A stretch of DNA of 64,000 bases, from NCBI GenBank assembly GCA_018266475.1, contig JAFEAI010000244.1, forward strand, positions 8,391 to 72,390, given 5' to 3'. Numbering within the stretch: position 1 is the first letter of the stretch; each line of letters begins with the position of its first letter. Source of the DNA: Bacteroidota bacterium. Its GTDB lineage: Bacteria > Bacteroidota > Bacteroidia > Flavobacteriales_F > PHOS-HE28. Shown piece after piece: positions 46,175 to 54,785 of this stretch. The notes beneath the pieces are model-generated. The model was not told where the DNA came from and did no database searches. It saw only the letters and a program-made list of their open reading frames with translations. Both the position numbers and the translations under genes were made by a program.

Positions 46175-46750
46175 TCACCGCTCCGCCAAAAACCGCACCA
46201 GCTTCCACACCGCATGCCCCCGGTGGCTGATGGCATTCTTATGCACGTTGTCCAGCTCCGCAAAGGTGAGGTCGCTCATTTCCGGAAGAAAAACGGGATC
46301 ATAGCCGAATCCGTTTGTGCCACGAAGCTCCGTGGTGATGGTCCCGCGCACTTCACCCTCGAATACATGCTCGCCACCGCTATCCACATAGGCGATCACC
46401 GTGCGGAAACGGGCACGCCGGTCCGCCGTGCCCTCCAATTCGTGCAGCAGCTTGGCCATGTTGGCCCGGTCATTCTTTTGCGGACCCGCGTAAAATGCCG
46501 TATCCACGCCCGGCGCACCGTTCAGTGCCTGCACCTCCAGTCCCGAATCATCGGCGATGCACGGCAGGCCGGTGCGCGCAAAGGCGAAGCGCGCCTTCTG
46601 CAGGGCGTTCTCCGCAAAGGTGTGGCCGGTTTCGGGAAGGTCGGTGGGAAGGCCCGCGCCCTGCAAGGTGAGCAGCTCCATGCCGGAGGGCAGCAACTTC
46701 CGCAGCTCGGCGAGCTTGCCAGGATTGCCGGTGCAAAGAAGAAGGCGCAT
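46175..46750 (-). CDS. rdgB: Non-canonical purine NTP pyrophosphatase (RdgB/HAM1).
   Basis: MRLLLCTGNPGKLAELRKLL, FGYDPVF, typical Ham1 layout. Confidence 0.85.
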   Translation of the reverse strand: MRLLLCTGNPGKLAELRKLLPSGMELLTLQGAGLPTDLPETGHTFAENALQKARFAFARTGLPCIADDSGLEVQALNGAPGVDTAFYAGPQKNDRANMAKLLHELEGTADRRARFRTVIAYVDSGGEHVFEGEVRGTITTELRGTNGFGYDPVFLPEMSDLTFAELDNVHKNAISHRGHAVWKLVRFLAER

Positions 46751-47110
46751 GCGGCAAAGATGAGGGCCGCATCCGATGCATCCGCTTTTATGCGCCTTCC
46801 CATACGTCGCACACCGCATCTCCTGCCTTGGCCGCAGGTCATGTGAGTTGCGAAGACCCTCAATTCATAAAATGATGCAACGCAGATTCCGCTTGCCAAC
46901 ATCCAAGGCCGCCATGTACATTTGCGGGGCCGTTGCCTCCAGGTATTGAAAATAGAGAGGCGCGTGCAACCCGTGAGGAACTCCTGCAACCAGCTGTGCC
47001 GCATGTCGAAGGCCGACTCCATCAAGGGTTTGGCGGACGCCTCAGGCACCGTGTTGCGGTAGCGCGCCAGCCAGCAAGGCCGCCCCTCCACCGTAACATC
47101 CCAAAACTCC

Positions 47111-48889
47111 ATGCCGAACAGCGCGCGGAAGAGGATACTGTATATAGCCGAAGGGCAACTGCCCGCAAGCGACCCGTTCAATAAGCAGATCCAAGCTGCC
47201 GGCGGGGTGAACGACTTCTTCTTCATTTCCATGGGAGACCGCTCCATCACAGGGCCGGGAGCGGATGCAGGGCCTGCCGGCGCCGGCCCTTCGCGCCGTG
47301 CTTCACTCCAGCTCCCGCCCAACGCCGCCCAAGGAAAAGTGGATGCCATGCTGCACCGCCAATTGCGGCTGTGGGGAGCCCCTTTTGACCTGGTACACCT
47401 GCAGGACCTCACGCCGGCCACACTGGCCATTGCCACAAGCAAGCACTTGCAAGGCATTCCTAAGGTGCTTTCGGTTCATGGCGCACCAGCAGGCCCGGTG
47501 ATGCCCATGTTGCCTCAGCACGCTGGGTCCTTCAACCTGGAACCCTGGCTGAAGGCGGCCGGGATCGTTCACGTGCTTGCCGCATCGCCTCAACTAAAGG
47601 AACTTCTGATCGCCAAATTCGGGGTTCCGGCGGAAAAACTTCGCACCATGCCCGGAACCGCCACCGGGGACCAGGCCGGCTGGTTGCCGGGAATCTATCT
47701 TGAAACCTTGATGACCAGCGGAAAACTCCCCGGGGAAAGGCCGTACCGCCAATGCACCCATTGCGTACTGGACACCAACGATGACAAGTTCATCCAGTTT
47801 GATGAGGCCGGAGTGTGTACCTACTGTCACTGGTACCAACGTGAGGACCCGCGCAACATGTTCAAGGGAAAGGACCGGGAAAAGATGCTTGCCGACCTGG
47901 TGGCCCGCATCAAACGGGAACGCAAGCACCCCAAATACGACTGCATTGCCGGCGTGAGCGGCGGCGTGGACAGTTCCTACACTGCGCTGAAACTGAAGGA
48001 GCTCGGCCTTACCCCGTTGCTGGTACACTTGGACAACGGCTACAATTCGGAGGTCTCCAACAGCAACGTGCAACGCATGGTGGAGCACCTCGGGTTCGAC
48101 CTGCACAACCATGCCCCCGACTGGGAAGAATTCAAGAACATCCAACTGGCTTTCCTGCGCGCCTCGGTGATGGACATTGAACTGGTGACCGACCATGCCA
48201 TGGTGGCCTACCTCTTCAACCTTGCGGCCAAGCTCGACATCAAGTTCATCATCTCCGGGCACAACTTCGCTACCGAAGGCATCCTTCCCGAAGGCTGGTA
48301 CCAGGACAAAATGGACCTGCTGAACATCCGCGCCATTGCCCGCCGCTTCGGTGGTGTCCGCTTGCACCACCTGCCCCGCCTCAGCTACTGGCGGCGCCAA
48401 TACCTCTATCTTTTCAAGGGCTTCGAAGGGGTGAAGTTGCTGAACTATCTGGATTACGACACCGTGAAGGCCAAAGAGGAGATCATCGCCAAATTGGGTT
48501 GGAAGGACTACGGTGCCAAGCATACCGAATCCATCTTCACCCGGTTCTACCAGAACTACATCCTGCCCACCAAGTTCCACATCGACAAACGCAAGGCGCA
48601 CCTGGCCACGCTGATCTGCTCGGGCACCATGGACCGCCAAACGGCCCTCAACGAACTGGCCAAGCCGCCATACACACCGGAGGAATTCAAGGCCGACCTC
48701 GAATTTGTGACCGGAAAGCTCGGGATCACGGTGGACGAGTTCAACGCCATGATGAAGGCGCCCATCCGTGACCACCTGGAGTTCCCCTCGTACATCACGC
48801 GGCACTACCGCTGGGAAAGGGAATGGGCGCCGCGCCTGAGGCCGCTGACCCGCCTGGTAAAGCGCGTGGTGATCAGGCAGCAGGCATAA
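47111..48889 (+). CDS. N-acetyl-sugar amidotransferase (WbpG/WbuX-type PP-loop ATPase; domain from ~47711) fused in-frame to an N-terminal GT4-N-like domain (47111-47710).
   Basis: Amidotransferase part: zinc-ribbon CTHCVLDTNDDKFIQFDEAGVCTYCHWY and PP-loop GVSGGVDSSY. N-terminal part: KRILYIAEGQL..., SVHGAPAG..., VHVLAASPQLKELLIAKFGVPAEKL resemble the N-terminal half of GT1/GT4 enzymes without the C-terminal EX7E half. An internal ATG at 47711 could be the true amidotransferase start. Confidence 0.65.
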   Translation: MPNSARKRILYIAEGQLPASDPFNKQIQAAGGVNDFFFISMGDRSITGPGADAGPAGAGPSRRASLQLPPNAAQGKVDAMLHRQLRLWGAPFDLVHLQDLTPATLAIATSKHLQGIPKVLSVHGAPAGPVMPMLPQHAGSFNLEPWLKAAGIVHVLAASPQLKELLIAKFGVPAEKLRTMPGTATGDQAGWLPGIYLETLMTSGKLPGERPYRQCTHCVLDTNDDKFIQFDEAGVCTYCHWYQREDPRNMFKGKDREKMLADLVARIKRERKHPKYDCIAGVSGGVDSSYTALKLKELGLTPLLVHLDNGYNSEVSNSNVQRMVEHLGFDLHNHAPDWEEFKNIQLAFLRASVMDIELVTDHAMVAYLFNLAAKLDIKFIISGHNFATEGILPEGWYQDKMDLLNIRAIARRFGGVRLHHLPRLSYWRRQYLYLFKGFEGVKLLNYLDYDTVKAKEEIIAKLGWKDYGAKHTESIFTRFYQNYILPTKFHIDKRKAHLATLICSGTMDRQTALNELAKPPYTPEEFKADLEFVTGKLGITVDEFNAMMKAPIRDHLEFPSYITRHYRWEREWAPRLRPLTRLVKRVVIRQQA

Positions 48890-48939
48890 CCGGTTCCAGG
48901 CCTTTGGAGCCTATCGCGCCAAATGGGCGCGGCATCCAC

Positions 48940-49079
48940 TATTGAGTCGGCACAAAATGATTGACGATTCGACCTTGTGAAATTTCCTTGATGATCTGGC
49001 GAGGGGCTTCGGCTCCGCTCAGCCCAGTGTATCTGATTACTTTGCAGACAACCGTCAACTATTCAAGGCCGACTCAATA
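48940..49079. repeat. Intergenic IR element: 12-bp IR TATTGAGTCGGC / GCCGACTCAATA flanking a 16-nt core CTTCGGCTCCGCTCAG (49007-49022) shared with 1169-1191 and 19849-19871. Followed by GNRA hairpin ATGCGCC-gcaa-GGCGCAT (49199-49216).
   Basis: Direct reading; in the 393-bp gap upstream of the FkbM gene. Confidence 0.4.
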
Positions 49080-49282
49080 TCCACAACCGCAGATGCCCCC
49101 CGGTGCCTGCCGGAGGAACGCAGATGGCCTGGCTGAAAAACCGGGATGAAGCACTTTTCCTTGATCCGTATGGATCCGTGGTTCAAGTCCGTTTGCGAAT
49201 GCGCCGCAAGGCGCATGCATAAAACCCGATTGCCCTGACCTGGTTTTACTGCCACGCCTGGTGGCGAGGTAACTTTGCCCGG

Positions 49283-50176
49283 ATGGCCACCTCCCCCGCC
49301 CGGTCCGCCGCCCGCAGCTTGTACGCGGCCTTGCCCTTCAAGCAGCCCTTGTTCCAATTGGTCCGCCGCCTGGTCCCGCCGTTGCCGGAACGCCTCTACC
49401 GCCACCTCCACTTCAAAGGCGTGATCACCGTGGACATCTCTCCTGCGGAGCGCTTCCGCATCCGCCACCACGGCTATATGATCGAGAACGAGCTGTTCTG
49501 GCGGGGGCTTTCGGGCTGGGAAAAGATCTCCATGGAACTGTGGATCCGTCTTTGCCGCCGGTCAAAGGTAATCCTGGACATCGGCGCAAACACCGGCGTG
49601 TACGCCTTGGCCGCTAAGGCCGTAAACCCCGGCGCGGAGGTAATTGCCGTGGAACCCGTGGCCCGGATCTACGACAAGCTGGTCGACAACATCGGGCTCA
49701 ACGAAGGCACCGTGAAGGCCGTACATGCCGCCGCCACCAGCCACACCGGCACGGTGGTCCTGTATGACCAGCCCCAAAGCGAACACGTGCTCTCGGTTTC
49801 GCTGAACCCCGAATGGAACAAGGAAAGCCCGGCGCTAAGGCCCGTGGAAGTTCCCGCGTACACCGTGGCCGACCTCTTGGCCAAGCACGGCAACACCTTC
49901 GTGGACCTGCTGAAGATCGATGTGGAAACGCACGAGGCCGAGGTGCTGCGGGGGTTCCGCGAGATCCTGCTGCGGGACAAGCCCGCCATGCTCATCGAAC
50001 TGCTTAACGGGCAGGTGGCTGCCGAGGTGGGCACCCTGCTGGAGGGCCTGGGCTATGAATACTACAACATTGACGATGTGTCCTGGCCGCCTGCACGGGC
50101 CAATGTACTGGCCCAAAGCGGGCATTTCAACTTCCTCGTGTGCCAGCCCGCAACCGCGCGGGCCATCGGCCTGTGA
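49283..50176 (+). CDS. FkbM-family SAM-dependent methyltransferase.
   Basis: ILDIGANTGVYAL motif and downstream LKIDVETHE motif typical of FkbM methyltransferases. Confidence 0.75.
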   Translation: MATSPARSAARSLYAALPFKQPLFQLVRRLVPPLPERLYRHLHFKGVITVDISPAERFRIRHHGYMIENELFWRGLSGWEKISMELWIRLCRRSKVILDIGANTGVYALAAKAVNPGAEVIAVEPVARIYDKLVDNIGLNEGTVKAVHAAATSHTGTVVLYDQPQSEHVLSVSLNPEWNKESPALRPVEVPAYTVADLLAKHGNTFVDLLKIDVETHEAEVLRGFREILLRDKPAMLIELLNGQVAAEVGTLLEGLGYEYYNIDDVSWPPARANVLAQSGHFNFLVCQPATARAIGL

Positions 50177-50197
50177 CCAGTTGCCGCATTCCGCTCC

Positions 50198-51289
50198 ATG
50201 CGCCTGGAAAATCGGACCATCCTCATTACCTCCAACGAACCCTGGGGCGATGTGTGGTATTCCAAACACAACTATGCGAACGAGCTCGCGAAGGACAACG
50301 ATGTGATCTTCATTGACCCACCCGGGCGCTGGCGCCCCGCAGCGTTGGCCGGTGCGGCGCCAGTGCTCCTGCCCATCTCACCGCAGCTCCATGTACTCCG
50401 GTACCGCAATGTGCTGCCGGCGTTGAACATGGCCTTGTTCCGGCTGAACAACCGCATTGTATCCAGGGCCATACGCATGCTACTGCGTAGCACGGGCCGC
50501 AAAGAAAACCTGCTGCTCGCATTCGACCCCTTCCGGCTTGTTGACCCCGCGCAGCTGGACGCGGAGCGCTCCGCGTTCTTCGCTGTGGATGCCCACGTAA
50601 TGACCACCCTGGGCGAGCGGTGCATCTATCGCAACGTGGACAAGATCATCAACATCTCCCCCGCACTCAACGAACGGTACCTACCCTTTGGCAAACCCAT
50701 GCTCACCCTGGACCATGCCATACCCGCAGACCAGTTCGGCACCAAGCCCAAACCTACGGGCCATGCGGGCCACGGCCTGTTTGTGGGCAACCTGGACGCA
50801 CGCCTGGACCTTCCCTTCATCCGGCGCATGGCGGAAACGTTCCCCAACGTGCCCTTTGTCTTTATCGGCCCCTATGCGCTGCATGGCCGGCCGGAGGCCG
50901 ACCTCCTCTTCCGGAGCGGTGCTTTCAGGAACGTACACCACCACGATTCCGTTCCCTTTAAGGAACTGGGCGGGTACATCGCCGATGCCAGCTTCTGCCT
51001 GGCACCCTTGAATGTCCAGGACCCGCGCAATGCCATCTCGCACCACAAGATCTTCCACTACCTGGCGTTGGGAAAGCCCGTCTTCAGCCCTGTTTTCTCA
51101 GCATACCTCCCCATCGCCGATCTGCTGTACATGAACAACGATGCGGATGCGCTGCTGGCGCAGTTGGCGGAATTCCTGCGGCAGGGGGAAGCACCGGAGC
51201 TTACCGCCAAGCGCATTTCCTTTGCGCGCACCCGGACGTACGACCATAACCTAGCGGCGATCGCCAACTTCCTGCTCGCGCCGAAATGA
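50198..51289 (+). CDS. Glycosyltransferase, TuaH-like (GT1/GT4 fold), paralog 1.
   Basis: N-terminus ILITSNEPWGDVWYSKHNYANELAK. ~45% identical by eye to the downstream paralog. Confidence 0.5.
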   Translation: MRLENRTILITSNEPWGDVWYSKHNYANELAKDNDVIFIDPPGRWRPAALAGAAPVLLPISPQLHVLRYRNVLPALNMALFRLNNRIVSRAIRMLLRSTGRKENLLLAFDPFRLVDPAQLDAERSAFFAVDAHVMTTLGERCIYRNVDKIINISPALNERYLPFGKPMLTLDHAIPADQFGTKPKPTGHAGHGLFVGNLDARLDLPFIRRMAETFPNVPFVFIGPYALHGRPEADLLFRSGAFRNVHHHDSVPFKELGGYIADASFCLAPLNVQDPRNAISHHKIFHYLALGKPVFSPVFSAYLPIADLLYMNNDADALLAQLAEFLRQGEAPELTAKRISFARTRTYDHNLAAIANFLLAPK

Positions 51290-51353
51290 GGCACTCCGAC
51301 CCATCCATGCGCCGCACCAGTGCATGGCATTGCCCCCCGAACTGCCCCCGCGC

Positions 51354-52445
51354 ATGAAGCTCGAGGGCTTGAACATCCTGATCACCTCCAACGAACCTTG
51401 GGGTGAAGTGTGGTTCTCCAAGCACCATTACGCCAATGAGCTGGCCAAGCACAACCAGGTGGTGTTCGTAAACCCTACGGCACCTTGGAGGCCGGGCATG
51501 ATCGGAGGGGCGGGCGTTTCCCTGCAGCGCGTGCAGCAAAACCTGCATGTGCTCAACTACCGCAACCTGCTGCCGGCCTTTCATGACCTGCCCTTCTCCC
51601 TGAACAACGCCTTTGTCTCCCGTGCCATCCGGAATGCGCTGCACACCAAGAACCTGGTGCCGGACATTTACATAGCCTTCGACCCTTCACGCCTGTACAA
51701 CCCGAAGCTGTTGGGGGCCAAGCGTTCCGTGTTCTTCGCCGTGGATGATTACGCCATGACCATCCGGGGAGAATGCTTCATCTTCCCCAACGTGGACCGC
51801 TTCATCACCTTGTCGGAATCGTTCAACCGCACGTACGCCCCATACAACAAGCCCATCCTCACCATCAGCCATGCCATCGCCGCTGAGGCGTTCCAGGCCG
51901 AACCTGCACGTTTCGGTGTTACCGAATACGGACTGTACATCGGCACCATGGACCGCAGGCTTGACCTGGAGCTGATCCGCAGCCTGGTCACAGACCAACC
52001 ACACACCCCCTTCGTGTTCGTGGGCCCGTATGCGCTCGAAGGCAGCCAGGCCGCAAATGAACTCTTCCGGCAAGGGAAGTACCCCAACGTACACCTTGTG
52101 GGCACCGTACCCTCGCGCAACTTGGCGGCCTACATTGCCGGTGCCCGCTTCTGCCTGGCCCCCATGGACATCAAGTTGCACGGAAACAGCATATCGCACC
52201 ACAAGATCTTCCAGTACCTCGCCTTAGGCAAGCCCGTGTTCTCCACCACCTTCACTGAATATGCGCCCATAGCGCAATTGCTGTACATGAGCAACGATGA
52301 GGCCACCACCCGCGCACGCCTTGGCCGATTCCTTGCCGCAGGAGAACCGGAAGATCTTCCAACGGATCGCATCGCCTTCGCCCGTACCAAAACGTATGAT
52401 GCGCTACTGGTTGAAATAGGTGATTTCCTGGACGTGCGGGCCTGA
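51354..52445 (+). CDS. Glycosyltransferase, TuaH-like, paralog 2 (tandem duplicate).
   Basis: ILITSNEPWGEVWFSKHHYANELAK; colinear with 50198..51289. Start chosen by alignment with the paralog (MKLEGLN). Confidence 0.5.
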   Translation: MKLEGLNILITSNEPWGEVWFSKHHYANELAKHNQVVFVNPTAPWRPGMIGGAGVSLQRVQQNLHVLNYRNLLPAFHDLPFSLNNAFVSRAIRNALHTKNLVPDIYIAFDPSRLYNPKLLGAKRSVFFAVDDYAMTIRGECFIFPNVDRFITLSESFNRTYAPYNKPILTISHAIAAEAFQAEPARFGVTEYGLYIGTMDRRLDLELIRSLVTDQPHTPFVFVGPYALEGSQAANELFRQGKYPNVHLVGTVPSRNLAAYIAGARFCLAPMDIKLHGNSISHHKIFQYLALGKPVFSTTFTEYAPIAQLLYMSNDEATTRARLGRFLAAGEPEDLPTDRIAFARTKTYDALLVEIGDFLDVRA

Positions 52446-52562
52446 CCATGCGGCTATCTTTGGCACTGGCCGTTTCCTCGGGTGCAGGATGGGTCCGCAA
52501 CCACCATTCCCTTCCACGCCAGGCCCGTAAAACTGCGTTCAAATAGGCCACCGCCCAAGCTG

Positions 52563-53699
52563 ATGCAAAAGCAGATCCACGTGATGCACACCTTCGCCAA
52601 TAACGACGGCGTGCCCTACATCACTTGGTTCATGGAGCGTGCGCAGCGCGAACAGACCGTGCGCTTTTCCTTCCTGCTCCTGTGTCCGCAGCGCCCAAAA
52701 ATGCTGGAGGAGATCGAACGCTTCGGATTTTCCGGCACCTGGGTGCGGTTTGACCACCGCAAACGCAAGCGCAGCATGCTGCTGGCCCTGCCCCAAATGT
52801 GGTGGCACATGGTGAAGCACCGCCCCGACATTGTGCATGGCCATCTCTTTGACGACAGCCTGCCGGCCATGCTGGCCGCCCGGTTGGCCGGAATCCGTGC
52901 GCGCTTCATCACCCGGCAGGACACCGGGTACCACCTTTACTACGCGCCCAAATGGATTTTCCTGGACCGCTTGATCACCCGCTTGGCCACGCGCGTGGTG
53001 GCGGTTTCAGGCCAGGCCAAGCAACTGATGGTGCAGCACGAGCACGCCCCGCAGGACAAGATCGCCGTGGTACACCACGGCATCAGCACCGCGCCCTACG
53101 CTACGGACCACGCCGCCGAAGTGGACGCGTTGAAAAAGAAGTATGCCCTCCAACATGCCTTTCCCATTGTAGGAACCGTGGCACGGCTGATCGAGTGGAA
53201 GGGATACCGGCACATCATAGAGGCAGCAAGCATTTTGGTGAAAAACCATCCCCGCATCCACTTGCTGTTCTGCGGCACGGGCCCGCAGGAAGCTGAGCTG
53301 CGGGCACTGGTGGCCACGCATCGCCTTGAGGCCCATATCACATTTACCGGTTGGGTGGAACGGTCATCCATGCCCGCACTGCACAGCACCTTCGATGTTT
53401 ACCTGCACGCAGCGGACCACGAACCATTCGGCTTTGTGCTCGCAGAGGCCATGATGGCAGGCACACCGGTAGTGTCCACCCGTACGGGAGGCATTGCGGA
53501 CGTTGCGGAGGACGGGCGGTCGGTGATCTTCGTACCGGAGCGCAGCGGGCCTGCCCTGGCGGAAGGCGTGATACGGGCACTGCGCACCGGCCTTGAAGGC
53601 ATCGGTGCCAAAGGGAAGGAGGTTGCCCTCCGCGCATTTACGTTTGACACCATGTGGAAGGGCTACCTGCACGAATATGAAAAGGCCATCACCGGTTGA
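52563..53699 (+). CDS. Family-4 (GT1 clan) glycosyltransferase.
   Basis: C-terminal EX7E-type region (DVYLHAADHEPFGFVLAEAMMAGTPVVST). Confidence 0.8.
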   Translation: MQKQIHVMHTFANNDGVPYITWFMERAQREQTVRFSFLLLCPQRPKMLEEIERFGFSGTWVRFDHRKRKRSMLLALPQMWWHMVKHRPDIVHGHLFDDSLPAMLAARLAGIRARFITRQDTGYHLYYAPKWIFLDRLITRLATRVVAVSGQAKQLMVQHEHAPQDKIAVVHHGISTAPYATDHAAEVDALKKKYALQHAFPIVGTVARLIEWKGYRHIIEAASILVKNHPRIHLLFCGTGPQEAELRALVATHRLEAHITFTGWVERSSMPALHSTFDVYLHAADHEPFGFVLAEAMMAGTPVVSTRTGGIADVAEDGRSVIFVPERSGPALAEGVIRALRTGLEGIGAKGKEVALRAFTFDTMWKGYLHEYEKAITG

Positions 53700-53851
53700 C
53701 CTGCTTTGGCAATGACCCGCACGGCAATCAACCGGCGCACAGCCGGACAACACGCCAGTCTGGCCCGCGCCCTTGGCATACACTGGGCGGCGGCACACCC
53801 CCGCCCAGCAGCCTGGACCTGCCTATCCATGCACACGCAACCACCAAGCGC

Positions 53852-54775
53852 ATGAACCCGCCCGAGGTCAGCGTGATCATCCCCGCCTACAATGCGGAAC
53901 CGTGGCTCGCCGCTGCCGTGGCCTCCGTGCAGGCCCAAACGTTCACCAACTGGGAACTGATCATCGTGAACGACGGCTCGACGGACGGAACCATCCTTGC
54001 GGCACACACCTTCGGGGATCCGCGCATCCGCGTGGTGGACCAGGCCAACGCCGGGGTGAGCGCAGCGCGCAATGCGGGGATCGCCGCCGCACGCGGGCAC
54101 TTCGTCGCCTTTCTGGATGCCGACGATGCCCTTGGCAGCAACAACTTGGAGGTCATGCTGGCCTGCCTGAGGGAACAAGGCGGCGAATGGGTGTTCGGCG
54201 ACATCCTCCATTGCGACGAGCACCTGCAGCCCACTGGGCAAGTTGCGGCCGGAGCCGACCACGACCACCTGCGCATCCTGCTGCTCCAAGAACGCCATGC
54301 GGTGCCCGGCGCGGGCAGCAACATGCTGGTTTCGCGCAACTGCCTCGGCTCCGATGTGCGCTTCGATGAGCACCTTTCCAACGCCGCAGACCAGGATTTC
54401 ACCATGCAGCTCGCCATGCGCTATCCCGGGCGACGCGTCCCCAATGCCTTCACCTTGTACCGCAACGCGCCCGCCAGCATGAGCAAAAGCGTACCGCTCT
54501 TCCAGCGGGACCATCTGCGGTTGTTCCGCAATGCCCGCGAGCGCGGATTGCTGGACAACCCTCTGCTGCGCAGAAGATGCATGGCCAACGTGTACTGGTC
54601 CATCGGGGGCAGCTGGTGGCTTTTGGCCGGTGAGCACCTGCGCGCGCTGCCCTGGTTTTTCCGGGCTTTCCTGCTCGCCCCGAGGGTGATTGTCCGCCCG
54701 GTGCGCAAGCGGATCGGGCCCATGGCCAAGCACAAAGCCACCTCAACCACCAAACCGGCGCCCGCAGCCCAATAG
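53852..54775 (+). CDS. Family-2 glycosyltransferase.
   Basis: VSVIIPAYNAEPWLAAAVASVQAQTFTNWELIIVNDGSTDGT; DxD motif FLDADD. Confidence 0.8.
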   Translation: MNPPEVSVIIPAYNAEPWLAAAVASVQAQTFTNWELIIVNDGSTDGTILAAHTFGDPRIRVVDQANAGVSAARNAGIAAARGHFVAFLDADDALGSNNLEVMLACLREQGGEWVFGDILHCDEHLQPTGQVAAGADHDHLRILLLQERHAVPGAGSNMLVSRNCLGSDVRFDEHLSNAADQDFTMQLAMRYPGRRVPNAFTLYRNAPASMSKSVPLFQRDHLRLFRNARERGLLDNPLLRRRCMANVYWSIGGSWWLLAGEHLRALPWFFRAFLLAPRVIVRPVRKRIGPMAKHKATSTTKPAPAAQ

Positions 54776-54785
54776 CCCTGTCACC

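Noticed and set aside
46522-47457. 311-aa minus-strand ORF spanning the rdgB upstream gap and the GT-N-like domain
   Set aside because: Overlaps rdgB and the amidotransferase fusion on the other strand; composition (C/R/P/S-rich) not protein-like.
49150-49200. tRNA-like T-loop sequence GGTTCAAGTCC
   Set aside because: Tried to build T-stem and acceptor stem: no complementary 5' acceptor strand, no anticodon arm, no CCA; T-stem would need two G-U pairs and a mismatch. Not a tRNA or tmRNA.
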